NCBI GenBank assembly: GCA_051530055.1 | Contig: CM121341.1 | Location: 13,432,784 to 13,496,783, forward strand | Direction: 5' to 3' | Source: Neoechinorhynchus agilis | Taxonomy: Eukaryota > Animalia > Acanthocephala | Length of the DNA stretch: 64,000 nucleotides | Part shown: one piece after another, positions 9,430 to 21,486 of the stretch | How positions within the stretch are numbered: the stretch's first letter is position 1 | Layout: every line of letters begins with the position of its first letter | Notes under the pieces: generated by a model | Told to the model about the DNA's origin: nothing | Databases searched by the model: none | Seen by the model: the letters and a program-made list of their open reading frames with translations, nothing else | Program-made: the position numbers and the translations under genes

Positions 9430-12400
9430 ATTTATTTAGCTAACGATGGATCATCAGGAAATTCTGTCGACAAAAACTGGCTCAGTCGAAGACAGTCAAC
9501 CGCAAACTGTGCATCCTAGTTTCAAAACCGAACGGTTGAATATTCTACCTCACCATGAGGACACAAGAAAAAAAGTTCCGACTTTGGAAACGGAATTTCG
9601 AGTACACAATAAAGAAACTTGCGGACAAGAGTGATAGGATGGAAATACTCCGTGCTCACATAGGACCTGATGTTTATGAGCTTATTGAACAATTCGAAGA
9701 CTTTGATCAGGCTTTTGAGACGCTTGAGAAACTCTTTGTGAAGAAGCCTAACGAAATTCTATCTAGGCACTTGTTATCGACAAGACGACAGTTGGAAAAG
9801 TAGAGCATAGATCAATACGTTCAAGCATTAGGGATGATTGCCAAAGACTGTTCCTTCAAATCCGTCAGCACCGAAGAAGCAAAATCAGATTATATACGAG
9901 ACTTTTATCGCAGGTCTCCAATCAAACAGAATACGTCAGAGATTGCTCGAATGTAAAGAACTGACACTGTGCAAAGCGATTGAGATCGCCAAGAACGTTC
10001 AGTATGCGTTTGAAAGTATGGAGCACTTCGGCAATCATAGTAGCGATCCTCTTAGATGCATGAAAGTACAAATCGACGAAAAACAACCATAGAAACGATC
10101 CGTTTAAATGCAGGCGAATAAGAACTGACGAATATGACGATAAATCGTAATAATTGAACGCGATAAATAGAGAACATGATGGCAGGCTCGAAGAATTCAA
10201 TCGTACGTCAGTTTGCTATTTTTGTGGGAGGAAACGACATCCTCGCAAATTATGCCCCGCCGCCGAAGTGCAGTGCTATAAGTGTCAAAAACTCGGACAC
10301 TTCGCGAGAATGTGTCGGTCAAAAAAGCTAACAACGCAAACTTGTCTTAGGTCTACTTAGCTGCTACTAAAAAGGATAAGAGTTCGATAAAGGATTGTTC
10401 TCCCATGATTCCGGTATTGATACAAGATGTAACCTTCTCTGCTTTGCTTGATACCGGGAGTTCCCTCAATTTCATCGATTTCAATGCTATCGAGAAGCTA
10501 CTGTTATCTATAGAACCGTCCTACTCAAACGTTTCGTTAGCCTCTGGTAACACTACAAGGAGAACTCTGGGCAAGGTTAGGGCCGATATTCGATACGACG
10601 GAACGATGTACAGTCGCGTGGAACTATACGTGTTGACTGATATTTGCAGAGACGTAGTTCTTGGATTGCCGTTTTTAAGACTGCACAGAGAGTTCCGCTT
10701 GAGAATGTCAGGCAGTGAGTCGCCAATCGAACTGAATCTAGCTGCGTTACTTATTCCTGTACTTGATCAAGAGTCGACAACAAAATCTGATTTTGCGCCT
10801 TGTTTGTTCAATAATCTTTCCGCCGACTGTAAACCGATCGCAACTCGATCCCGATGCTACAATCAACGCGACATCATCTTTATTAAATCCGAGATCGATC
10901 GTATGCTTAAAGATGGTATAATCGAAAAATCCTATTCACCATGGAGGGCACATGTCCTCGTGGTTAACAACGAAAATGGAAAAAAGAGACTCGTTGTAGA
11001 CTTTAGCCAAACTATTAACAAATTCACTTATCTAGATGCTTACCCTCTTCCACGTATCGAAACGATCGTCAACAGAATAGCAACAAATAAGGTGTTTAGC
11101 CGGTTAGACTTAAAAGATGCATATTATCAAGTATCAATTTCCCCTCATGAGAGAGATTATACCTCTTTTGAAGCGTGCGGTGAGCTCTACCGCTTTACAA
11201 AAATCCCGATGGGCGTTACCAATGGGGTATCCGAATTTCAGAGGTATATGAATAATATCATCGAAGCTAACAATTTATCAAATACATATGCATATCTCGA
11301 CGATGTCATTATTTGCGGACAAACGAAGAGCGAGCATGATAAAAACTTGCGACAATTTCGAGATATTGCTGCCAAGAAAGGATTCAAATTCAATAACGAT
11401 AAAAGCGTATATGGGGTAGAACGAATTCTGGTACTTGGTTACGAAATTGGTAACGGCCAACTAAGACCGGACCCAAATCGTCTCAAGCCTCTAAATGACA
11501 TAGTACTACCCACCAACAAAGCATCTCTACAACGCTTGATGGGATTTTTTGCCTATTATAGTAAATGAATCCCGAACTACTCTACAAGGATTCAACCGCT
11601 GGTGTGCAAAAATTTGGATTTTCTCTGCGAACAAACTGCAATATTGATTGATACCTTAAAAAAAGACATCAAAAACGCTGTTATGCATAGCATAGATGAG
11701 GATAAGCGATTCGCACTCGAAACTGGTGTTTCTGAAAGAGCAATTGGAGCCGCTCTTTTCTAGGATGGGCTACCTGTCGCATTTTTTTCCAAAACACTGA
11801 ATAAACATGAAAAACGATATCACATAGTGGAAAAGGAGGCGTACGCACTTATCGAGGCAATAAAACATTGGCGGTACTACTTAGCAATCCGTCCGTTCGT
11901 CGTAATTACGGATCAACGATGGAGGCTGGAACTTTCAAGTTATACTTGTACACTAGAGTATCGAGCTGGAGCTTCTAATCTAGCTGCGGATGTACTATCA
12001 CGCGATTCATGTGCGAGCGTATCCTCTATTCTAACTCAGATCCACGACGTTCACCGAAAATTAGGACATCCAGTTGTCACCAGGATGCTCCACTACATCA
12101 AACAAAATAATCTTCCTTATTCTACGGAGGAAATAAGAAAAGTAACGGCATCTTGTTCGGTTGCTGCCGAATAAAACAAAGATTTTTCAAATCTTCTGAT
12201 CTACATTTGATCAAAGCCACCAAACCATTCGAACGAATATCTGTGGATTTTAAAGGTCCATTACCGTCCACAGCAAGCGGTCCGCGGTATTTATTAGTCC
12301 CCGTAGACGAATATTCGCGGTTCCCAATCGCATTTGCTTGCACAGACTGCTAAACTGAAACCGTTAAATTATGTCTATCACGAATCTTTGCAATTTTCAG

Positions 12401-13109
12401 ATGTCCTGATTACGTCCACTCTGACCGCAGAGCTTCTTTCACCTGCAAGGATATTCGAGAATGGCTAAAAGCACAGAACGTTTGCCTCAGTCACACGACT
12501 GCGTTCCACGCGCAAGGCAACGGTCAGCGTGAACGCTACAATGGCACAGTGTGGAAAACCATCCAGCTCTTGCTTGCAGACCAAGATCTTCCTTTAAATA
12601 AATGGCCCCAGGTCCTCCATGAGGCACTTTCGAAAATACGAACACTTCTCTGCACCAGTACGGGGCAAACGCCTCATGAACGAATATTCAATTATCCAAG
12701 AAGGAGTATGGCATCCAGGCCACCACCAAGTTGGATTGTATCAAGTGATAAGGCATACCTCAAGAATCTGAACAGAAAGTCCAAGTACGAGAATGAAGCG
12801 GATGAAGTAACTCTAATAAGTGGAGGCGAAAAGCATTCGTTGATCCAATACGCTGATGGACGACAAGGCGTCGTTTCAACCCAACGTCTAGCCCCGTATG
12901 GGTCGGATATCGCTCAAACGACTGGTGATGACGTACTTTAATCTCAAACTACTGAATCAAGATCTAAGCACAATAGTACTGAAAAACCGGAACGCGGCAC
13001 TCAGGATGACTATACTGGATTGGATTCGGATTCTAGTCGAATGGGCTCGAAGTATATAGTCAGACGGTCTTGCCGGAGACCAGGGAAACAATCGAACACG
13101 ATGGAAGAT

Positions 13110-13244
13110 TGTGATATCGATTAGTTTCGACTACATCACAAATGTAATTATATTATCGATTACTAACCGTTATCGTTCGTTGTACTATGAAACGTTTTCG
13201 CGGTTCCGTTAGCTAAATAAAACCACGTTTTCGGTTCTACAACA
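13110..13244 (+). repeat. 3' LTR of Gypsy element
   Basis: 132/135 identical to the 5' LTR; followed by TSD CAAGG. Confidence 0.95.
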
Positions 13245-14395
13245 CAAGGATAAGCTAGCAAAATTAGACGAGACGGTGAAAACCTCTCTCGAGAAAATTT
13301 TAAATACTCAGCTGTCGGACGAGGCCTGGCGTCAAGCGTCCTTGCCTGTGTCGTCCGGGGGTTTTGGTATCCGAAAAGCAGCCGATATTTCTCTGCCAGC
13401 TTATTTGGGATCGTACGAAGCAAGCCGCAAAGTAGTTAAATCCGTTCTTGGCGAGACTTACGCTTTGAATGAAGATTTTGCGGAGGCGCTTAATCTTTGG
13501 AGTGGAGATTCAGGCAACGAGCAGGTACCCGTCAATGGTTGCAAACAATCAGTTTGCGACTCACCCCTGGTTGCGAGAATTCACAACGCTTTAATTTCAG
13601 ATTCCTGTGACCTGGTGAACCGAACTCGATTGACGGCAGTCTCTACAAGAAAATCAAGTGCTTGGCTCAACGCTATATCAATCGCTTTCGTGCGTACCCT
13701 TTTCTCCGACGAGGCAGTAAGGATTGCAGTGTCTCTGAGACTTGGGGTATCAATGCGCACATCCCGTCGCTGCCGTTGCGGTGCGACCGTGGAACGATCG
13801 GGACCCCGTGGTCCCGTCTATCGGCAATCAGGCGGAAGGTACTCACGACACGCCGAAGTGAACGAAATTCCAAGCAGTGTCCTAAATACTGTGAATACGC
13901 CCAACATCTTAGATCCGAGCAATCTTTGCCGACTTGATGGCAGCCGTATACCGGATGGTATCGCAGTATTCCCATGGCGAGAAGGAAAATGCCTTCTCTG
14001 GGACGCCATTCGCAGCCAGCAACATAAAATTCGCCGTCATTAAACCAGGAGAAGCAGCAACCGCCGCCGAGGAACGCAAAAAGATAAAATACAGTGACCT
14101 GAGTTGAAATCATTATTTTGTTCAATTTGGCGTCGAGACGCTCGGGTCGTTTGGTACCGCGCCGCAATACCTGGTCAAGGAATTGTCTAAGAGATTGAGA
14201 CGAATCACTGGCGATTCGAGATCAGGAGCATTCCTCCTACAAAACATAAGTCTGACTGTGCAACCAGGGAAAGCTGCATCCGTCCTTTCGACCGTTACAC
14301 CACTAAGGCAGTTTAGTAATCCAAAGCGGTGGTATGAATGATTGTTTAATTATTCGGAACTATACATTTATGTGATCTGAGGAAATTTTTCTTAT

Positions 14396-14495
14396 ATTAA
14401 ATCCCATATTTTGGCACAGTCTTGTGCCTTTATCAAGGTTGCTTGTAAGTGTTTATTTTTCAAGGCACAAGATTGCGAGGAAATATGGATTTAAT
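14396..14495. mobile_element. ~100-bp foldback/MITE-like palindrome
   Basis: Arms ATTAAATCCCATATTT..GTCTTGTGCCTT and AAGGCACAAGAT..AAATATGGATTTAAT are imperfect reverse complements. Confidence 0.6.
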
Positions 14496-14699
14496 AAATT
14501 CTTTTAATTTTTGCGCCATAAACAAGTGCAAACATTCTTTTTTCGAAGCTTATTAACTAAAAAATTAACTTGATACCTTAAGATCTCACAGGTGATAGTA
14601 CTTTAAGATCTTTAATTCGAATTTTTTTTAACTAATAGTTTATTATTTGAAAACGTTCACATGGAACTCCCAAAGAAATCTTCATTTCTCGACAATTAA

Positions 14700-15315
14700 C
14701 ACATTCAACACTTCCCGCCAAATTCCAGCTTTTGTCCTTCCTCGACCGTCGCCATCACGCTGGCAGCATTGCCTCTTTGTACTGCCAGCGAGATATTTTG
14801 TCGAAGGAATACGTCTGCTCTTGAGTCTCCGGTTGCCTGTCTCAATTTCTTCGAGGGATCCTGGAGCAGAGTGAGTGCCAAGCTGCCAAGCGCTCCATAC
14901 GTCTCTACTTCGAAGGGGACAAAATAGTGAGCCCTCGATAAGTGAAGATATTTCCGTATTTTGCTCCCTTCCGCTGCACTGGCGGCACCACCGGCGATTT
15001 CGAGGGAGTAGGGGATGTTGCTGGCTGCGAGGGTATCCACACAGGTGGCGTCCCAGAGAAGGCATTTGCCCTCCCGCCACGGGAAGACCGAAATTCCATC
15101 GGGCCTACGGCCGTCTAGTCGACAAAGGTGGGCGGGTTCCAGGATGTTCGGGAACTTCGCCGTTCTCAACGCCCGAGAAATTGCGTTATTGATTTCAGAA
15201 TGGCGCGAGAACCTTCCTGCTGACCTTCTGCAGACGAGACCGTGTCGCCCGAAAGCATCAACCAAAGACCCACATCGACAGCATATCGGGAGACCAAGTC
15301 TTAAGGATACTGCGA
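14700..15315 (-). mobile_element. CRE-type retrotransposon 3' fragment (subfamily B) with intact zinc finger and RLE domain
   Basis: ORF 14705-15265: HGLVCRRSAGRFSRHSEIN, RRPDG, LLWDATCVDTLAAS, FEVETYGALG. Confidence 0.92.
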
Positions 15316-15812
15316 ATTGATAATAAAGTTTTTAGACTTTTGTTTTACTGTTGCATAAACAAAATACGTTTCCACATAGTCCCAATTTTTTGCTAGATTG
15401 TTTATTATGGATCGACGATTTTTAGACCTTATGAAATCATCTGAGCAACAAATTATTCGACGCTCCAACGCATGTTTTATCCACATTTTTGAACTTTACT
15501 GTAAGCCGTTGCGTTTCGAGAAAATACGTTGTCGATAAAATATTGATTATGTAAGTTTTGCACGAATATCAATTTTTTAGACGATATTGTATGTTCATTT
15601 AACTAGAACTGCAATTACTGGTTTTTTTGATCGTACTATTTTTTAACCCAAATAATGATCATTTTCCCTTTTTTCATATAAATGGCAGATTGCTTCTTAA
15701 GAAAAACGTCGTTTCTGTTGTTAAAAAATGAAATGCGGAAATTGTTTTAAAAAAATCGTGGTTTCTACGACAACCGCCATTATGTTCCATTGTATAATTT
15801 TAGATGGTTTGA

Positions 15813-16300
15813 ATGCCTTCTAGCGGCAGTGGCGAATCGAGTTCATCGAGGAGTAAGAAAGCTCGAACGGCAAGGTTACGCTTGGTTAAGGCAAAGGCTA
15901 AACTGAAAAACGCACCAGAACCAGTGCCAATTCTGTTGAAAGAAGATAGAACATTTTCTGCTCTTGCAGATCGGTTACCAACTGGTTCCCAACACGCAAA
16001 AAGATTTTTGCATCTACGTTAGGAATCCGTGATCTAATGAAGCCTTTTGGTAAATGTCTAACCTGCTGTGAATGTTCACCTTGTTTAAGTCGAGATTCGA
16101 GTTCCTACTATTATTACTCATATTCAGTTCCATCTGATAAATCCCCTGATGATAAAGCTACATGGAAACCGAACAAGGAACTTATTATGGACGTTGTCCG
16201 AAAAAATATTGAAGAACGAAGGGAACTTTCAAAGCGGAACCTAGAATTCGCAGTTGCAGAAAAAAAGAAAAAAGGTCGAAGGAGCAGTATTGACGAATGA
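15813..16300 (+). CDS. Hypothetical small basic protein, probably two exons
   Basis: Intron GTTACG...CTTGCAG (~15875-15969) joins the two ORFs in frame; no recognisable domain. Confidence 0.45.
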
Positions 16301-16339
16301 TTCTCGATCCTCAAACACTACAGATTTTATAATTCTCAT

Positions 16340-17086
16340 TTAAAGCTCATTTTTGCATTCGATGATATTAATCGAGGTATTCGATGATACGCATTCAATT
16401 ATGTTCAATTTATCGTCGATTTCATTTTGGCAATCAATTAACTCCACATCCGAAACTTTTTCTTCTTTGCTACTCGTGGACATAATCTTATTTGCCCTTT
16501 TCACCTTTAATTTCTCTTCGAACGTCTTTATCATGTCTTCTAAAGCTCGATTCTCACTCATTGATTTCTTCTCTGTTTGTTTATAAAGCATTGTTTCAAA
16601 CCAAACGGTAGGAAAATCTTCGTTTTCTCGTCCGCATATGTTCTTCGGAACATAGATTCCTTCAAGAATTGTTCCATTTTTAAATGTAAAACGGCACTCA
16701 CCTAGTGGATAGTCATCGAAAAATATCCCTTCAAATGTCCAATTTTCGGTAATGAAACATCCACGGCCGTGTTTTTTACCGTCTTTCCACAATCCCCTAA
16801 AGTGGACGCTTTCATCTTGGTTTTCACAGACTCCAGGTCCGTTTGGTTTTCCCTCAATGAGTTCACCTTGAAAAATTAAGTCCTGCATTATTTTCCCCTT
16901 GTCGTTGTTTTCCTCATTGTGACTCTCTTCGTTGTCTCCTAAATTTTTGTTCGAGGTGCCTTCAAGGATTCTGAATCGTGGAAAACTTGACTTTTCCTTC
17001 CTTTCATACGTTTCATTTTCCATTATGTGTGTCTTATGATGAACGTTTAAACGTTTAATTTGAGTCATTTGAACCAATGAATTCAT
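16340..17086 (-). CDS. MORN-repeat protein (main exon; a short upstream exon likely near 17170-17245)
   Basis: GELIEGKPNGPG, FRGLWKDGKKHGRG and FEGIFFDDYPLGEC are MORN-type repeats. Confidence 0.8.
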   Translation of the reverse strand: MNSLVQMTQIKRLNVHHKTHIMENETYERKEKSSFPRFRILEGTSNKNLGDNEESHNEENNDKGKIMQDLIFQGELIEGKPNGPGVCENQDESVHFRGLWKDGKKHGRGCFITENWTFEGIFFDDYPLGECRFTFKNGTILEGIYVPKNICGRENEDFPTVWFETMLYKQTEKKSMSENRALEDMIKTFEEKLKVKRANKIMSTSSKEEKVSDVELIDCQNEIDDKLNIIECVSSNTSINIIECKNEL

Positions 17087-17565
17087 TATTGCCTTAGGTC
17101 TTATTTTTTAAATAAAACCGAACTTGCATTTAAAATATTGCTCTCATTCTTATTTTGTATCTTGTTCATCATAGGACACAGTTATATTTGGTGTAATAAA
17201 CTCTGATTTGGCCAGCCGTTTGACTGTCTTAAGATCAACGTTGCTCATTGTGAATATTGTAAAGTGAACACAACGTTAAGTTTCAGTACAATGGAATTTT
17301 TCTTAGTTCAATGAATTCGGTTACCGTAGCAACGAACTGTCTATCGTTAAAATTCATTAATTTATTTCCCCGATATTTCGCATCTCGGGTAATTCCGGCA
17401 TTATCAAGGTAGTGCGAAAAGCACACTTAAACAATAACAAACCTTGGCAAATGTCCGAATTATGCGACGAGAAATATATTAGTGAATTTAAACGGTGGGA
17501 AAACTACAAAAAAAGTCGCCACTTTCCCCTCCAAAGTCAGAATAAGGACTTTATTTAAACAAAAG

Positions 17566-18381
17566 TCAATCATCGCCGCAGATCTCGCCTTCTTCAAGTT
17601 CGGAAACCTGAGTTGATTGATCATCGTCGGTCTTTTCCATTTTTTCATGCAAACTTTCATCACACTCGAGCTCTTGTACATTCAATTTTATTGGTCTTTT
17701 GGTCATATTAAACAATAGAAAATACACAAATTGAGAATTGCTTATATCTATTGTTCCCAACAGCTCTACGGGCGCCTTTGGTTTAATGTCCTTTGTTTTT
17801 GAAACAATAATGATTTGAGCGTCAAACTTGAGATATAGAATGGCAGCCGCCGATGTGCCATCACTGAACTCCGCCTCGTCGGATTTGGAATATATTAGAG
17901 AAAAGAAAGGCAAAAATGGCTGATAATCTCCAATTTTATCTGGATCCCCGTTGATTACAAACAAATTCTGTCTACGCTTTGAAACCCTCAACCACCATTC
18001 AGCGCTTTTAGAATCTGGTTCAATCAGATACACTCGACCACTAGATCCAACCAAGTCGCTTAGATGAAATGGAGTCGTATCAGAACATCCAAGGTTTAAA
18101 CACAGTACACAATCACCTTCTTCAACTTTGAAAACTTGTTCACTGATGTCGCTTATACATTCCGAAAGGGCAGAATATTGGGAATTCCATATTCGGAATT
18201 CGTTGCCCGAAACAAACAATTTTTCTTCATTCGATGATTCTGCCTTTACCAAGCTTTTTGTCATGAACGGCCGGTCCGGTCGACATAATTGGAAAATTCG
18301 TTCAAAGTGAGTTGAAACAATTCGATGGTTCGTTCGTCGCCGTTGCGGCTTTCGTGCTCGTTGAGATCCCCTGTAAGGCAT
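17566..18381 (-). CDS. Divergent fibrillarin-like (methyltransferase fold) protein
   Basis: MTKSLVKAESSNEEK, EFRIWN, VLCLNLGCSDTTPFHLSDLVGSSGRVYLIE and KRRQNL run collinear with fibrillarin [49 protein letters not shown] and KKRTNI. Confidence 0.75.
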   Translation of the reverse strand: MPYRGSQRARKPQRRRTNHRIVSTHFERIFQLCRPDRPFMTKSLVKAESSNEEKLFVSGNEFRIWNSQYSALSECISDISEQVFKVEEGDCVLCLNLGCSDTTPFHLSDLVGSSGRVYLIEPDSKSAEWWLRVSKRRQNLFVINGDPDKIGDYQPFLPFFSLIYSKSDEAEFSDGTSAAAILYLKFDAQIIIVSKTKDIKPKAPVELLGTIDISNSQFVYFLLFNMTKRPIKLNVQELECDESLHEKMEKTDDDQSTQVSELEEGEICGDD

Positions 18382-18728
18382 CTACATAAGGTTTAAGAAC
18401 GAGAAATGATAATTGGAAGTTTCTAAATTCAAACAGAGCAATTATCAACATAATAATCCCAGAGGTACTCGGCGGATTCCCAAAATGATTTTTCGGACTT
18501 ACCGAGCACACCTTAGAAATGTTAAAATAAAACCAATTGAAAAAACATCAATAAATATATCGGAAAAGGACACAAACTGTTAAAAGAAATAAAAGTTTAC
18601 AACGATAAAAACCCAATATAGAAAGGAGAAACGACAGAGTAGAAAAGAGAGAACGTATGAAAATGGAGAAGAGAAAAAATGAAATCGTTCAAATCCTCAA
18701 ACGTTATGGAGCAAACATTGCGACAGCA

Positions 18729-19176
18729 AAAGACGCTTTGAACTTCGTCGGACGTCTTCATTAAAAAAATCCTTTTACATGGAGGAAGACTTCTAACCAT
18801 AATTTTTGTAAGAATGCGGGATTCGAAATTGAATCGAGGAAGCCAAAGTTTTCATTAGTAAATTAATTTCTCTAAGAATCTGATTCATCCTGTTGCAATT
18901 AGATGTACAATTTCTACAACGAAAATGCCATCACACATAAACTAACAGAACGTTGGACTATTTAAGGGACTTAAAATTTATCGACTAAAGTGAGTCATTT
19001 TAATTGTGAAATAATAGTTTTACACGAGAAGAGTCAAATTAATCAAAACTTTTTTTAATTTGGTATTAATTTAGTTAGACTCAAATTGATCAAAACAAAA
19101 ATTATGGTTTAGAAGTCTTCCTCCACGTAAAAGGATTTTTTTAATTAAGACGTCCGACGAAGTTCAACGCGTCTTT
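18729..19176. mobile_element. MITE, ~448 bp, with ~80-bp TIRs
   Basis: AAAGACGCTTTGAACTTCGTCGGACGTCTT...CCATAATTTTTGT is mirrored at ~19095-19176. AGCA lies on both flanks. Confidence 0.85.
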
Positions 19177-19720
19177 AGCATCTTTGTATAACTAACAAGC
19201 TGATGATGGATCCGGCAAGGTTCGCAGAACGTCTTTCACGGGGCGAAGACTTCTAAACAATAATTTTCTAATCATATAGCGTGCGGTACCTCCTCCTCCT
19301 CTTGAAATATCGACATTTCAAAATAATTTGGGAATGATGCGGCACATTTTTTGCTTTGGCACTCATACTGTTCAATATACTGATAAATATAGAGAACGGC
19401 TAGTATGAAGAACATCAAACAACGAGAATTAGGCACTCACATCAGTTCTCTAAAGAACTCGAGTGCCAAACTTCTATACAACTGTGTATCCGTAAGCAAA
19501 CCAATGATGCAAAATGTAGCAAAATGGATGATAGGAAACGCAGTGGTTGTCGAAACCGACCAAGAGGCGTATCGACTTGGATCTGAACTTTGGAATTATA
19601 AGTACACGGTGATTTCACTAGAGGGCACAATGTATCGAAGCGATGTATCGATTACGGCTGGTAAGGCGGATTTGGCATCCAAAGCTAAAAAGTGGGATCA
19701 TCGAAAAGTGGTTGCAATGG
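18940..19720 (+). pseudogene. Duplicated fragment of SMC1 (intron 2 3' part plus start of the next exon)
   Basis: Near-identical to 57059-57851; ORF 19405-19755 matches SMC1 MKNIKQRELG...RKVVAM, then diverges. Confidence 0.95.
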
Positions 19721-20949
19721 ATCGCCTAATGATGTCGGGCTTCCCATTGTTCTAAACCACAATCCCTCAAAAACAAAAATCTCTAAGAGCTTGATACGAG
19801 GCTGAAAGACCTGTGGAGGAATAACAAACTGATAGCTGCTGGTTTGAGGCAAACGTTTCCAATAACATTCAGGATGAGAAATAAAGGCTCCAACAATTGC
19901 TATAAGTTATTCCCGGCTATTAACGAGACCAAAGAAAATAGTCAACAGCTTCATGAATGTAAAGAAATTCTTAAAGAGATTTAAACGAATAAGATGGGAT
20001 CGAGCACTTCAACTCAAAATATAAAATTCTTGATCGGAAATTTATGGTCGAACAATTTTAATTTTAGCTTTTTTACCAATTGCTAATTTTAGACTGATTG
20101 AAATTCTGTAAAAGAATCCCAGAACTGATTTAACGCTTCTGCCATAAACAAACATGAACAATTAAACCTTCGAACAAATTCTTTATTCCATTTTAAATTT
20201 TTTCTCGATGTCCAATCTTTTTGCTTGATCATTTTAGAGACTAAGAAACTTTTCAGGCCGAAAGAAACAAAGACGAATTAAACTACTGATTTTGTATGTG
20301 TACTTTAATAATTCATCCATTGAAAAGATTCGATTGATCCGGGATCGTAATTCCTCTGAGTTTTTCTATCATTTTTGACAAAGGATATTGTGCTCATTAG
20401 AGTTTTATTTAATAGTCCTAATCAAGAAAAAGGATTATGGTCACATTTAAAAGCTTAAACGAGTTTATGATCCGATTTTCTATCAATAATATCATCATTG
20501 ATTCCAAAATCGAAATGATATCGATCAAAAATAATATTGCATAAAAACGGCTCCTTTTCAATCTTTTCAAAGTATTTAAAATTGGAATTCTGGATAAAAC
20601 CCGTTTTGAGTATTTCGATAATGAATTGTTGAGATTGGAATAAAAAATTTAAACTCAGGGAGTATTGAAAATTTCTTTTAACTCGAAACACTCAGTTAAT
20701 CTAAGGATTGCGGATTTTACTGCATTATTGTCTATTTTCTTTTTAAAACTATACGATTCCGCTTTCCTGTATGTTAGGAAACTTGTGGCATTGTTTGTAC
20801 GCTTTTTTAAGTTCTTTTTAGAGCGATAAAAGTGAGAGGTAAATGTAAATTCGTCAAATGGACTAAAATAAACTCTACTAATCCAAAACACTGTTTAATT
20901 TTGGAAATCGAGAGAGAAAATTCGCTGGATTTTTAGTCGTGTCCTGAAT

Positions 20950-21280
20950 ACTTCGAATGTATCTCCTGGAGCCGAGCAATCTTTGCCGACTCGATGGCCG
21001 CCGTATATCGGACGGTGTCACAGTATTCCCGTGGCGAGAAGGCGAATGCTTACTCTGGGACGCCACGTGCGTGGACACGCTCGCAGCCAGCAACATAAAA
21101 TTCGCCACTGTTAAACTTGAGGAGGAGGAACAACCGCCGCCGAGGAACGCAAAAAGACAAAATATAGGGACCTGAGTCGAAATCGTTATTTTGTTCCCTT
21201 TGGCGTCGAGGCACTCGGGTCGTTTGGTACCGCGCCGCATGACCTGATCAAGGAATTGTCTAAGAGATTCGACGATCCGA
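20950..21280 (+). mobile_element. CRE subfamily A internal RLE fragment
   Basis: LEPSNLCRLDGRRISDGVTVFPWREGECLLWDATCVDTLAASNI; matches 13905-14200. Confidence 0.9.
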
Positions 21281-21486
21281 TGGTTACAAAGCATAATCCT
21301 GGTTGTGCGAGTGATCCAGATGTTGAAAAATCTAGTGTTATTCAGAAAACAAAGCGCGAATCTTTAAAGTTCTTAATTGTGTCCTGTTTTGTAGTTTTAA
21401 TTTCTTTTTCATTAGGAAATGATACAATGCTACCTATTGTACTCGCTGACTACATTTATTTTTGGATCTCTTTAAAATGTTTTAAA

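Larger units (their letters stand above)
9295..13244 (+). mobile_element. Structurally complete Gypsy/Ty3 LTR retrotransposon (3950 bp) with defective ORFs
   Basis: 135-bp TG...CA LTRs at 9295-9429 and 13110-13244 (3 mismatches); 5-bp TSD CAAGG. Gag from 9446 with CCHC knuckle CYKCQKLGHFARMC; protease LLDTGS; RT YLDD; RNase H; integrase ISVDFKGPLP. Purine tract GATGGAAGA before the 3' LTR. Confidence 0.97.
8760..14335 (+). mobile_element. CRE-type non-LTR retrotransposon (subfamily A), 5'-truncated and decayed, split by a Gypsy insertion
   Basis: RT motif GVQQGDPLGPLAFSLA (~8845), with the YxDD segment apparently deleted. The frame LRTAPFLRHK|DKLAKLDE continues across the Gypsy TSD, then WRQASLPVSSGGFGIR, the RCRCG zinc finger and the R(I)PDG...LLWD RLE motif. 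Confidence 0.9.

Noticed and set aside
20455-20891. Two AT-rich minus-strand ORFs
   Set aside because: No recognisable motif; could be a decayed or multi-exon gene but is unsupported.
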